Source: Clostridiales bacterium 38-18
GTDB taxonomy: Bacteria; Bacillota; Clostridia; Peptostreptococcales; Acidaminobacteraceae
Reading direction: 5' to 3'
NCBI GenBank assembly: GCA_001897605.1
Contig: MKTL01000022.1
Span: forward strand, 1,030 to 33,029
Length of the DNA: 32,000 nucleotides
Below are positions 1 to 8,097 of the stretch, piece by piece. Position 1 is the stretch's first letter; each line of letters begins with the position of its first letter. The notes under the pieces are model-generated. The model was not told the DNA's origin. It saw only the letters and a program-made list of their open reading frames with translations, and ran no database searches. The position numbers were made by a program, and so were the translations under genes.

Positions 1-1
1 A

Positions 2-391
2 ATAATTAGAGCTTCTGGTGTTCCAGTTATTGCTACCTCAAGTGGTTATACATTAAAGAAGCAAATTGCTAACAATAGACTTCTAAGAACAATTGTTTCT
101 AAGCATGACGGATTTAATAGAATGGAAGAAGAATTACGAATCATTGTAGAATATGGTGGTAAAATTATTGATGTTATAGTTGAGCATCCAATCTATGGTG
201 AAATCGTAGGTGTACTTAATATCGAAACGCAGGCGGATGTCGACCATTTTGTTTCAAAGATTCAAAATACTGCAGCTAAGCCATTGTCCATTTTGACGCA
301 TGGTGACCACATCCATACGATAGAAGTACCAAGTGAAAAAATTTATCAATTAATCCTTAAGGAATTAAGTGATAAGGATTTCATAGACTAA
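2..391 (+). CDS. niaR: NiaR (YrxA)-family niacin-responsive transcriptional repressor, C-terminal 3H-domain part; the 5' end lies outside the window
   Basis: The frame is open from base 2 (IIRASGVPVIATSSGYTLKK...) and joins the tracked ORF 122..391. The three-histidine pattern (VEHPIYGE, LTHGDHIHTIE) is typical of the 3H domain of NiaR. Confidence 0.7.
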   Translation: MIRASGVPVIATSSGYTLKKQIANNRLLRTIVSKHDGFNRMEEELRIIVEYGGKIIDVIVEHPIYGEIVGVLNIETQADVDHFVSKIQNTAAKPLSILTHGDHIHTIEVPSEKIYQLILKELSDKDFID

Positions 392-513
392 ACCTTGATT
401 AGGACAATAGTTAATTTGATGTACAGCAGCAGTATATGTATATACACTGGCATATACTAAATAATACTAGATTTCCTATTCAGATTGATATAAAATGGTA
501 TAGAAATCATATA

Positions 514-537
514 AAGGAGTTTATACTCCTTTTTTTA
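514..537 (+). terminator. Rho-independent terminator downstream of niaR
   Basis: Stem AAGGAGT (514-520) pairs with ACTCCTT (525-531) around a 4-nt loop, followed by a T6 run. Confidence 0.6.
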
Positions 538-538
538 T

Positions 539-607
539 CGAAATCAAGTGGATTAAATTAAATCGAATGCTATCAGGATTCTTAATCTTGATGATTTCGG
601 TTTTTAT
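539..607 (+). terminator. Long interrupted hairpin plus U-tract; a second terminator-like or structured element
   Basis: CGAAATCA (539-546) pairs with TGATTTCG (592-599). Inner helices are GATTAA (551-556) with TTAATC (582-587) and GAAT (565-568) with ATTC (578-581). GTTTTTATTT follows. Folded by eye only. Confidence 0.35.
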
Positions 608-610
608 TTA

Positions 611-648
611 ACACTTATCTGACAAGACACTTGAATACACAGTAAGAT
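611..648 (+). promoter_or_regulatory. Candidate promoter with ACACTT direct repeats (possible NiaR operator) upstream of the permease gene
   Basis: -35-like CTGACA (619-624), an 18-nt spacer, then -10-like TAAGAT (643-648). ACACTT occurs at 611-616 and 627-632, flanking the -35. Confidence 0.3.
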
Positions 649-675
649 TTGAACAAATAAACGAGGATGGTAAAT

Positions 676-1701
676 ATGAAAGTAAGAAATTATTTGACTA
701 AAACCCTAAATGGAATGGCGTTGGGGCTCTTCTCATCACTGATTATAGGTTTAATACTAAAGCAAATTGGTGAATTATCAGGTATAACAACTTTAGCCAA
801 CTTCGGAAAGTTTGCCCAGGTAATGATGGGTCCAGCTATTGGTGCTGCAGTAGCTCATAGTGTAAAAGCATCACCGCTTGGAATTTTCGCATCGCTAGTA
901 GCAGGGACAATAGGTGCTGGTAGCATCAAGTTTTTAGAAACAGGACAAATGGCAATCGCAATTGGTGAGCCGATGGGTGCATTTGTTGCAGGGCTTATAG
1001 CAGCAGAGTTTTCAAAACTGATTGCAGGTAAGACAAAAGTTGATATTGTTTTGGTGCCAGCTGCAACCATTATTGTTGGTGGGTTGGTTGGGATTACAAT
1101 TAGCCCAGTCATGTCAGAATTAATGAAGGCGATAGGAAGTGTAATTAATACTGCAACCGAATTGCAACCAATACCTATGGGAATAATCGTGTCTGTATTA
1201 ATGGGTATTATTTTAACCTTACCTATTAGCAGTGCTGCGCTTGCAATTTCTCTTGGGCTATCAGGGATTGCTGGTGGTGCATCATTAGTTGGCTGCTGCT
1301 GCAATATGATAGGATTTGCAGTTATATCTTACCGTGAAAATGGTTTTGGTGGCGCAATTGCTCAAGGACTTGGAACTTCAATGCTGCAGGTTCCTAATAT
1401 CATTAAAAATCCAAAGATTTGGATTCCACCAATAGTTGCAAGTGCTGTGCTCGGACCTATTAGTACAACTTTACTTAAGATGGAAAGTAACTCAGTGGGT
1501 GCCGGTATGGGAACCAGTGGCTTGGTAGGACAATTTGGCGCGTATGCTGAAATGGGTAGCAAGGTTTCAACTTCAACCTTTTTCATTATGATTGCAGTAA
1601 TGCATTTCTTGTTGCCAGCGTTAATCTCTTTAGCTGTAAGCGAGTGGATGAGAAAGAAAAATTGGATTAAAGCAGGTGATCTTAAATTATCTAGTAATTA
1701 A
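676..1701 (+). CDS. Polytopic membrane permease, PTS EIIC_2-like family (stand-alone, no EIIA/EIIB nearby)
   Basis: Tracked ORF 667..1701. Gly/Ala-rich hydrophobic segments run throughout, and the N-terminus LNGMALGLFSSLIIGLILKQIG resembles the EIIC_2 family. GAGGA (663-667) sits 8 nt before the ATG at 676, so 676 is the preferred start. Confidence 0.65.
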   Translation: MKVRNYLTKTLNGMALGLFSSLIIGLILKQIGELSGITTLANFGKFAQVMMGPAIGAAVAHSVKASPLGIFASLVAGTIGAGSIKFLETGQMAIAIGEPMGAFVAGLIAAEFSKLIAGKTKVDIVLVPAATIIVGGLVGITISPVMSELMKAIGSVINTATELQPIPMGIIVSVLMGIILTLPISSAALAISLGLSGIAGGASLVGCCCNMIGFAVISYRENGFGGAIAQGLGTSMLQVPNIIKNPKIWIPPIVASAVLGPISTTLLKMESNSVGAGMGTSGLVGQFGAYAEMGSKVSTSTFFIMIAVMHFLLPALISLAVSEWMRKKNWIKAGDLKLSSN

Positions 1702-1780
1702 AATCTCTAATCTATCAATGAGTGAAGGAATGTATATCGAAGTTATGAATAACTGCTTTAAGAACTAAATGTGGATAAAT

Positions 1781-1825
1781 AAAAAAGTGTTATACCTTTT
1801 ACTGGGTATAACACTTTATTTTTTT
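1781..1825. terminator. Bidirectional terminator between the permease gene and the convergent small gene
   Basis: A 13-bp stem, AAAGTGTTATACC (1784-1796) with GGTATAACACTTT (1805-1817), has an A-run upstream and a T-run downstream. Confidence 0.75.
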
Positions 1826-1998
1826 ACGCTTCCTTTTGCCAAAAATCCTTTACAGGCTTCGCCAGAAGATTGATAAACCACATCTGAGGGGATTAATCTT
1901 GTTTTAAATGCAAATTTTCTACATCCATTTGGGGCATTTGGATCCCAGGTAACATAAAAATGCTGACACTTTCTACAATCAATACGTGTATAACTCAA
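1816..1998 (-). CDS. Small (60 aa) Cys-containing conserved hypothetical protein
   Basis: Tracked ORF 1816..2040. AAGGAGG (complement of about 2007-2013) lies 8 nt before the TTG at 1998, giving LSYTRIDCRKCQHFYVTWDPNAPNGCRKFAFK. I cannot name the family with confidence. Confidence 0.55.
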   Translation of the reverse strand: MSYTRIDCRKCQHFYVTWDPNAPNGCRKFAFKTRLIPSDVVYQSSGEACKGFLAKGSVKK

Positions 1999-2130
1999 TA
2001 AAGTTACCTCCTTTATCCACAGGTAATCGATTGAACACATTAATTATAACAAAATATTAGAGATTTGTACCTATTATCTGTTCATGTTCAAGTCAGTTGA
2101 GCTATGCTATAATAGAGTATACACAGAAAG

Positions 2131-2931
2131 ATGGTGGTGCATAAATTGAACAAGTATAGCAAGATTGGCATTTTTGATTCAGGCTTAGGAGGACTTTCAG
2201 TTTTAAATACTGTTGAGTCGTTGTTGAAAAGAGAAGGTTTTATTTATATTGGAGATTCGTTGAATGCTCCCTATGGTACTAAAACGAAGGATGAAGTATT
2301 TGAACTATCTAAAAAAATATGTGATGCTTTAATCGCAAAAGATGTGAAAGCAATTGTAATTGCATGTAACACTGCGACAAGTGCTGCAGTATCCAAATTG
2401 CGTGACTTATATGATATACCGATAATTGGCATGGAGCCTGCTATTAAACCAGCTTTAAAGCAAACTGAGGGTCAGGTTGTTGTATTGGCAACTGAGATGA
2501 CATTAAAGGAAAGTAAGTTTGTTAACTTGGTTGATAAGCTTGAAGAGGGCTATCGTATTGCAAAACTACCTGCACCAGAATGGGTTGAATGTGTTGAAAA
2601 TCACATGGGTGATGAAGCATATGTAAAGGCTAGTGTCGGTCAATTTTTGGATGCACATATTCCTAACGCACAGAATTTAGTACTAGGATGTACGCATTTT
2701 ATCTTTCTAAAGGATGAAATTGAAAAATACTATAAAGGTAAAGTTGAAATATTTGATGGCAACATGGGAACCGCTTTACAGCTTAAGAATACTTTAGAAA
2801 GCATGGGGCTCTTATTAGACGAAGACATTTATCAAGAGAACGAGGCAAATCGCATTGAGGTTATCAACACAAAGTCAGACGAATATGTAAGTAAATCGTT
2901 AAACTTGCTTTCGATTTTGAAAAGAGGGTAG
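2131..2931 (+). CDS. murI: Glutamate racemase
   Basis: Motifs IGIFDSGLGGLSVL, ACNTATS and GCTHF, including both catalytic Cys motifs. An alternative TTG start at 2146 lies behind GGTGGTG. Confidence 0.9.
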   Translation: MVVHKLNKYSKIGIFDSGLGGLSVLNTVESLLKREGFIYIGDSLNAPYGTKTKDEVFELSKKICDALIAKDVKAIVIACNTATSAAVSKLRDLYDIPIIGMEPAIKPALKQTEGQVVVLATEMTLKESKFVNLVDKLEEGYRIAKLPAPEWVECVENHMGDEAYVKASVGQFLDAHIPNAQNLVLGCTHFIFLKDEIEKYYKGKVEIFDGNMGTALQLKNTLESMGLLLDEDIYQENEANRIEVINTKSDEYVSKSLNLLSILKRG

Positions 2932-2932
2932 A

Positions 2933-3202
2933 ATGCAACTTTATTTAATCGAGCTGGTTGATGAAAATCTGAAGAGAGTTTTAGATGAAGCTGTTTTTGA
3001 TGAAAAAACTGAATCTATTTTTAAACTTAGATATGGAATTGATTGCTTGAGGCTTGATCCTAAGGCTATATCAAAAGAGATGAAGATTCCAATGAAAAAA
3101 TTAAAGCTAGAGCTTACAAAGATAGACAACAGGGTCTTTAATATTCTAAAGAAATATGATCTGTTTGAAGAGGAAAAGCTTCTACAAGCTGAGACGGAAT
3201 AA
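2933..3202 (+). CDS. 89-aa protein resembling an isolated sigma-70 region 4 (HTH) domain
   Basis: The ATG is 1 nt after the murI stop. ESIFKLRYGID...KAISKEMKIPMKKLKLELTKIDNRVFNILKK resembles region 4.1-4.2 of sigma factors, and no region 2 is present. Confidence 0.5.
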   Translation: MQLYLIELVDENLKRVLDEAVFDEKTESIFKLRYGIDCLRLDPKAISKEMKIPMKKLKLELTKIDNRVFNILKKYDLFEEEKLLQAETE

Positions 3203-3213
3203 TTTATAGTTTT

Positions 3214-3245
3214 AAGCCTGTATTCAAAGAATACAGGCTTTTTAT
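3214..3245 (+). terminator. Rho-independent terminator after the murI operon
   Basis: AAGCCTGTATTC (3214-3225) pairs with GAATACAGGCTT (3229-3240) around a 3-nt loop, followed by TTTT. Confidence 0.8.
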
Positions 3246-3291
3246 ATGGGTTAAGTCGGTTATAGTCTTCAAAAGAAAAAACGAAGAGAGA

Positions 3292-4479
3292 TTATTCCAG
3301 CTCAGTTAACAACGCTGCTAGTCGTTTTAATCCCTCAACTACAAGCTCAAGCTTGGTCGCATACGAAACTCTCACAAAGGCATCGTTACCAAAAGCAATT
3401 CCTGGAACCATTGCAACTCCATACTTCTCTAGCAGTAAATCGCAAAAATCTACTGAAAATGAACCCGTTGATTTATCAAATTGGAAAGAGGTAAAGTGGC
3501 TTAAATCAATGAATAAATAAAAAGCGCCGTCAGGATAAATAAAGTCGATTTTAGGAATTGCTTTTAAAAGTGGCACTAGGGCATCACGTCTATCTTTATA
3601 GGTAGCGACCATGTCCGCCATGTTCTGTTTTCCTTGAGTTAAAGCGCCATACCCTGCCCATTGAGCGATTGTACTAGGATGTGAGATTAAATGTCCCTGT
3701 AGCATTGATATTGCTTTTGCAATTTCTGGATTTGACGCGGTATACCCAAGTCGCCAACCTGTCATTGCTGCAGATTTAGAAAAACCATTTACTAAAATGG
3801 TGTGTGCTTTAGCATCGGGAGAAATAGATGGAATTGAAGTAAACGTGTCTGTAAAATGAATACGCTCATAAATTTCATCTGCTAGGATGACAAGATTATT
3901 TTTTATGCAAAAATTTACAATAGGTTCTAGTTCTTCTCTCGTATAAATAGCCCCAGTTGGATTGGAGGGGTTGTTGATGAGAACAATTTTCGTCTTATCT
4001 GTAACTGCTAATGCAAGCTCATCAACTGTAACCTTGAATGCGTTTCCAGCTTTCGTTTGGACAATTATTGGGACGCCATGACAAAGCTTAACCATTTCCG
4101 GATAGCTTGTCCAATAGGGTGCTGGGATAATGACTTCATCCTCTGGATCTAAAACTGCTAAAAGTGCATTTGTTATGGCATTTTTTGCACCTGATGAAAC
4201 GACAATTTCTGTTGGTGCATATAAAACGTGATTTTCGATATTGAGTTTATCTGCTATGGCTTCTCTTAAAGAAATCAATCCTGGAACCTGATCATATTTT
4301 GTCTTGTTTGCTTCTATAGCTTCAACCGCAGCTTGCTTGCCCTTTTCAGGTGTATAAAAGTCGGGCTCACCGATACTGAGATCGATAATATCTGCTCCAT
4401 TTTCTTTGAGTGCTTTTACTTTTGCACTGATACTAATTGTAAATGAGGGCGTAATGGTACGAATTTTCTTTGATAACAT
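3292..4479 (-). CDS. PLP-dependent class I aminotransferase, aspartate aminotransferase (AspB)-like
   Basis: 395 aa. The motif SKSAAMTGWRLGY contains the PLP lysine, NPSNPTG is present, and the RBS AGGTGA precedes the ATG. Confidence 0.85.
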   Translation of the reverse strand: MLSKKIRTITPSFTISISAKVKALKENGADIIDLSIGEPDFYTPEKGKQAAVEAIEANKTKYDQVPGLISLREAIADKLNIENHVLYAPTEIVVSSGAKNAITNALLAVLDPEDEVIIPAPYWTSYPEMVKLCHGVPIIVQTKAGNAFKVTVDELALAVTDKTKIVLINNPSNPTGAIYTREELEPIVNFCIKNNLVILADEIYERIHFTDTFTSIPSISPDAKAHTILVNGFSKSAAMTGWRLGYTASNPEIAKAISMLQGHLISHPSTIAQWAGYGALTQGKQNMADMVATYKDRRDALVPLLKAIPKIDFIYPDGAFYLFIDLSHFTSFQFDKSTGSFSVDFCDLLLEKYGVAMVPGIAFGNDAFVRVSYATKLELVVEGLKRLAALLTELE

Positions 4480-4600
4480 TGATTCACCTGTCTTTCGTGG
4501 ACTTTAAGTTAAAATTTACAATTGATTAATGAAACCTATGAACGATTGTGTTAGAATTATTATAACAAGTAATTTGAAAAACTCAATCATGAGGTATTAA

Positions 4601-4777
4601 ATGTCTTTTATTGAATGGTTTTTTATCGGATTGATCATTCTTTTTTTTGTGATAATTGTGTCAATTTCAGTAGCAGATTTAATTAGAGATCTTCATTTTT
4701 ATCGCGATAGGAAAAAGAACGTTAAACAATTTGATCAGTATAGAAAAAACAAACAAAATGCAAGAAAGCAGGGATAA
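4601..4777 (+). CDS. Unlisted 58-aa single-pass membrane protein with a Lys/Arg-rich tail
   Basis: Hand translation gives MSFIEWFFIGLIILFFVIIVSISVADLIRDLHFYRDRKKNVKQFDQYRKNKQNARKQG. GAGGT (4591-4595) lies 5 nt before the ATG. The stop at 4775-4777 is 1 nt before the decarboxylase ATG at 4779. Confidence 0.5.
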   Translation: MSFIEWFFIGLIILFFVIIVSISVADLIRDLHFYRDRKKNVKQFDQYRKNKQNARKQG

Positions 4778-4778
4778 A

Positions 4779-6233
4779 ATGCGCTTGTCAAAAGCACTTG
4801 AGCAGATAGGCAACGAGAAGCTCGTCTCCTTTCATATGCCAGGGCATAAAAATGGAAGTATCGATATATTAAAGGTGCACTCAGTAAATCTATTATCGTA
4901 TGACATAACAGAAATTCCTGGAGCAGATCATCTCCATGGCGCTGAGGGCTGCATAAAAGAGACAGAGATCGCAATAGCAGAATTCTATAATGCTTTTATT
5001 TCCAAAATGCTAATTAATGGTAGTACTGTTGGACTTTTGAGTGCCATTATGGGTGTCACAGCTCCAGGTGATCAAATCCTGGTCAATCGGAATGCGCATA
5101 AGTCAATTTATAATGCTATTGAAATGCATCGATTAGATCCCGTCTACTTATTTCCAATCGTGGATGATCGGTTGGGTATTCCAATAGATTTAACCTTAGA
5201 TACGGTTGGTGAGGCTATAAGTAGTCACCCAAATGTTAAAGCCTGTGTATTGACCTACCCAACATATGAAGGCTTATGCTATGATATCAGAGCAATCATC
5301 GCATTGTGCCATGAGAATAACATCTTAGTAATTGTAGATGAAGCACATGGGCCACATTTGTTATTAAATAAGACTGGACCCAAATCCGCTCTTGAATTGG
5401 GAGCAGATCTGGTAATACAAAGCTTTCATAAAACAATGCCATCCGTAACACAGACAGCAGTACTGCATATCAGTAAAAACCATATTTTGTCTAACGATCA
5501 ATTGGATAGATTGAACTGGCACTTAGGAGCACTTCAAAGTAGCAGTCCATCTTATTTACTTATGTATGCAATGGATCAAATGCTTTATTGTGTTGAAAAA
5601 GATGGCATCGAATTAATGCAAAATACATTGAATTGGTTGGAGGCGTTTTATAATAAGTGTAGCTCTTTTAAGCATCTTGAGGTATTTACCTTTAAGAAAG
5701 GTGATCCGACAAAGTTTGTAATTACATTTAAAGCTTCGCATAATGCATGTGAAAGCTGGTCGATAAGTGATGTTACCAATCTACTTAGGCGAAGCTATCA
5801 GATTCAATCTGAATATGATTCAGAACGATTGATATTAATGATGGCAAGCATTGCAAATAGTGAATCAGATTATATTAGACTTTATGAAGCGCTAAAGCAG
5901 ATTGATCAAGAAATTGCAACCAGTTGTGTTGAAATATATAATGAAAAATTAAAAGGTGAACACGTTAAGGATGAGAAGTGTGAAGTGTGCAGTTACGATC
6001 ATGTGTATGAATCTATAAAAAAGAGTCAGACCAAGGTATATAATGCGAGTGATGTGATATACTTGAAATCTGAAGACGTTGCTGTGACAGAATGTGTTGG
6101 TAGAATTGCCAAAGAATATATCATTCCATATCCACCTGGTATACCAATTCTAGTTCCAGGTGAAAGAATTATCGAAGCAACACTGGCGTTATTTCCAGTA
6201 GAGATTAAGAGGGTTAAATGTCTGTTGGAATAA
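4779..6233 (+). CDS. Orn/Lys/Arg decarboxylase family PLP enzyme (B. subtilis YaaO-like)
   Basis: Motifs SFHMPGHKNG, VDEAHG, QSFHKT (PLP lysine) and IPYPPGIP near the C-terminus. The start at MRLSKALEQ (4779) matches the YaaO N-terminus, and the tracked upstream extension from 4731 overlaps the small ORF. Confidence 0.85.
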   Translation: MRLSKALEQIGNEKLVSFHMPGHKNGSIDILKVHSVNLLSYDITEIPGADHLHGAEGCIKETEIAIAEFYNAFISKMLINGSTVGLLSAIMGVTAPGDQILVNRNAHKSIYNAIEMHRLDPVYLFPIVDDRLGIPIDLTLDTVGEAISSHPNVKACVLTYPTYEGLCYDIRAIIALCHENNILVIVDEAHGPHLLLNKTGPKSALELGADLVIQSFHKTMPSVTQTAVLHISKNHILSNDQLDRLNWHLGALQSSSPSYLLMYAMDQMLYCVEKDGIELMQNTLNWLEAFYNKCSSFKHLEVFTFKKGDPTKFVITFKASHNACESWSISDVTNLLRRSYQIQSEYDSERLILMMASIANSESDYIRLYEALKQIDQEIATSCVEIYNEKLKGEHVKDEKCEVCSYDHVYESIKKSQTKVYNASDVIYLKSEDVAVTECVGRIAKEYIIPYPPGIPILVPGERIIEATLALFPVEIKRVKCLLE

Positions 6234-6296
6234 TTAATATTAAAAGGAAATAACATTGCGATAGCATAATTCGCGATAAAATAATAGAGGTGAACA

Positions 6297-6857
6297 ATGA
6301 GTAGAGCTAAAAGAGAAGCACTTGAGTGGGTACAGGCAATCCTAATTACATTAGTTATTTTTTTGGTTTATAATTTTTTCTTTGCCACAACAACCGTCTA
6401 TAATACATCCATGTTTGACACTCTTGTGGAAAAGGACATGCTATTTATGGTCAAGCTAGGTAAAATTCAACAGGGAGATATTGTGTCTTTTAAGTCTGAA
6501 TTGACATTATCTAAGGCGGATTATGATAGCTTAAATATCATTCAAAAGCTGATGCACAAAGAGGGCGAGCGTAAGAATTTGATTAAACGCGTAATTGCTG
6601 GACCAAATGATACTATTGAAATCGTAAATGGCGTTGTAAAGGTAAACGGCGTTGTACTGGATGAGCCATATATTTACTCTCCAACCAATAAAACCGTACC
6701 ACTAGAGACAGTTCCGGAAGGTAAATATTTTGTAATGGGTGACAATAGAAGTGTCAGCTATGACAGTAGAGATTTAGGGTTTGTTTCCGAAGAAGATATT
6801 ATTGGGAAAGTGATTTTTAGATTTATGCCACTTAACAAAATTGGCACAGTGAATTAA
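6297..6857 (+). CDS. lepB: Signal peptidase I
   Basis: An N-terminal TM segment is followed by the Ser box SMFDTL, the Lys box IKRVIAGPNDTI, and GDNRSVSYDSRDLGFV. The RBS is AGAGGTG. Confidence 0.85.
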   Translation: MSRAKREALEWVQAILITLVIFLVYNFFFATTTVYNTSMFDTLVEKDMLFMVKLGKIQQGDIVSFKSELTLSKADYDSLNIIQKLMHKEGERKNLIKRVIAGPNDTIEIVNGVVKVNGVVLDEPYIYSPTNKTVPLETVPEGKYFVMGDNRSVSYDSRDLGFVSEEDIIGKVIFRFMPLNKIGTVN

Positions 6858-6912
6858 ATTCATAAAATGTGGTATAATATTTATATAAAGATGATCAGAA
6901 TGGAGGGCGCTT

Positions 6913-7236
6913 ATGAAACTGATTATTGCAATTGTACATGATGAAGATGCTCACGCATTAGTAAAGAAATTGACAGCTGAAGACTTTGGTGTAACAAAAT
7001 TAGCATCAACAGGCGGCTTCTTAAAATCAGGTAATACAACTCTCATCATAGGTATTCCGAAGGAGCGAGTGGATCGCGCGCTTAAAATTATAGAAGAAAC
7101 TTGTAAAACACGCAAAGAAATTACGACAACTACTTCACTTATGGGTGACAACAGCGTCATGGGAATGCCACTTGAGATTTCAGTTGGAGGTGCTACCATC
7201 TTCGTAGTAGACGTTGAAAATTACTTGAAATTGTAG
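6913..7236 (+). CDS. darA: Cyclic-di-AMP receptor, PII-like (DarA/YaaQ, DUF970)
   Basis: 107 aa, MKLIIAIVHDEDA...VTKLASTGGFLKSGNTTLIIG. It occupies the conserved position upstream of holB. Confidence 0.85.
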   Translation: MKLIIAIVHDEDAHALVKKLTAEDFGVTKLASTGGFLKSGNTTLIIGIPKERVDRALKIIEETCKTRKEITTTTSLMGDNSVMGMPLEISVGGATIFVVDVENYLKL

Positions 7237-7245
7237 CTGAGATTT

Positions 7246-8097
7246 ATGAGAGAGATTATTGATTTTTTTAAAGAGGCTATAAGACGAAATCATTTGTCCC
7301 ACAGCTATTTGATCGCGGGGACAGAATCTTCTGATTTGGCAAAAGACATTGCTAAAATGGTACTTTGTAGACAGGAACACACAGGCTGTGGTTCCTGTTC
7401 GTCTTGTTTAAAGATAATGAGTGATAATCATCCCGATTATATGTTGATAGAACCGGACGGCGCTTCAATAAAAAATGCTCAAGTTGAAGACTTTCAGGAT
7501 TTTATTTATATTAGACCCTTTGAAAGCGATTACAAAATAGTGGTTTTCAATCAGTCGCACTTGATGACAGATCGTGCTCAAAATAGAATTTTAAAGGTAC
7601 TAGAGGAACCACCGGAGTATGCGCTCTTTTTATTTTTAACACACCAGCCAGAGGGCATGTTAGACACCGTTCAATCTAGATGTCAGATGATTAAGGCAAG
7701 AGAAGCTGAAAGGCCAGTGGATGATGAGAAACGTGATCAGTCAATTGCGATGCTTCATGCTATTATGAAACAGGATTCAGGTACAATGCTATCAATGGGA
7801 AGTTATCTAAAGCAAATTAAAGGTGAGATAACTGATTTTCTCTCGATTCTCTCCTCTGTTCTTAGAGATGTGATGATTTTTAGAGAAACTGGCAATTATC
7901 AATTGATTAGTGTCTCAAATTTATCTATACTGAATTATAAGGACCTTTTATTTAAAGCAAGCCAAAGTATAAGTAGAAAACTAAATGTTGAATTAATAGA
8001 ACTTATAGAAGAAACAGATTATCGAATTAAGAGTAACATGAATTTCGATTTAACCGTCGACAAATTGTTACTCAAATGCATTGAAAGGGAGGCGTAA
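7246..8097 (+). CDS. holB: DNA polymerase III delta-prime subunit
   Basis: Motifs HSYLIAG, the Zn module CGSCSSC, HPDY and LKVLEEPP, plus synteny with darA and ricT. Confidence 0.8.
   Translation: MREIIDFFKEAIRRNHLSHSYLIAGTESSDLAKDIAKMVLCRQEHTGCGSCSSCLKIMSDNHPDYMLIEPDGASIKNAQVEDFQDFIYIRPFESDYKIVVFNQSHLMTDRAQNRILKVLEEPPEYALFLFLTHQPEGMLDTVQSRCQMIKAREAERPVDDEKRDQSIAMLHAIMKQDSGTMLSMGSYLKQIKGEITDFLSILSSVLRDVMIFRETGNYQLISVSNLSILNYKDLLFKASQSISRKLNVELIELIEETDYRIKSNMNFDLTVDKLLLKCIEREA

Noticed and set aside
855-1304. 149-aa minus-strand ORF inside the permease gene.
   Set aside because: It is fully antisense to a strongly supported membrane-protein CDS. Its sequence is low-complexity Pro/Ile/Ala-rich, as expected from the reverse frame of Gly/Ala-rich codons, and it has no RBS.
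6297-6857. Signal peptidase I replacing tmk as evidence of rearrangement or horizontal insertion.
   Set aside because: Gene order in this block varies across Firmicutes. No composition shift or mobile-element scar is visible by eye, so this is probably ordinary lineage-specific synteny.
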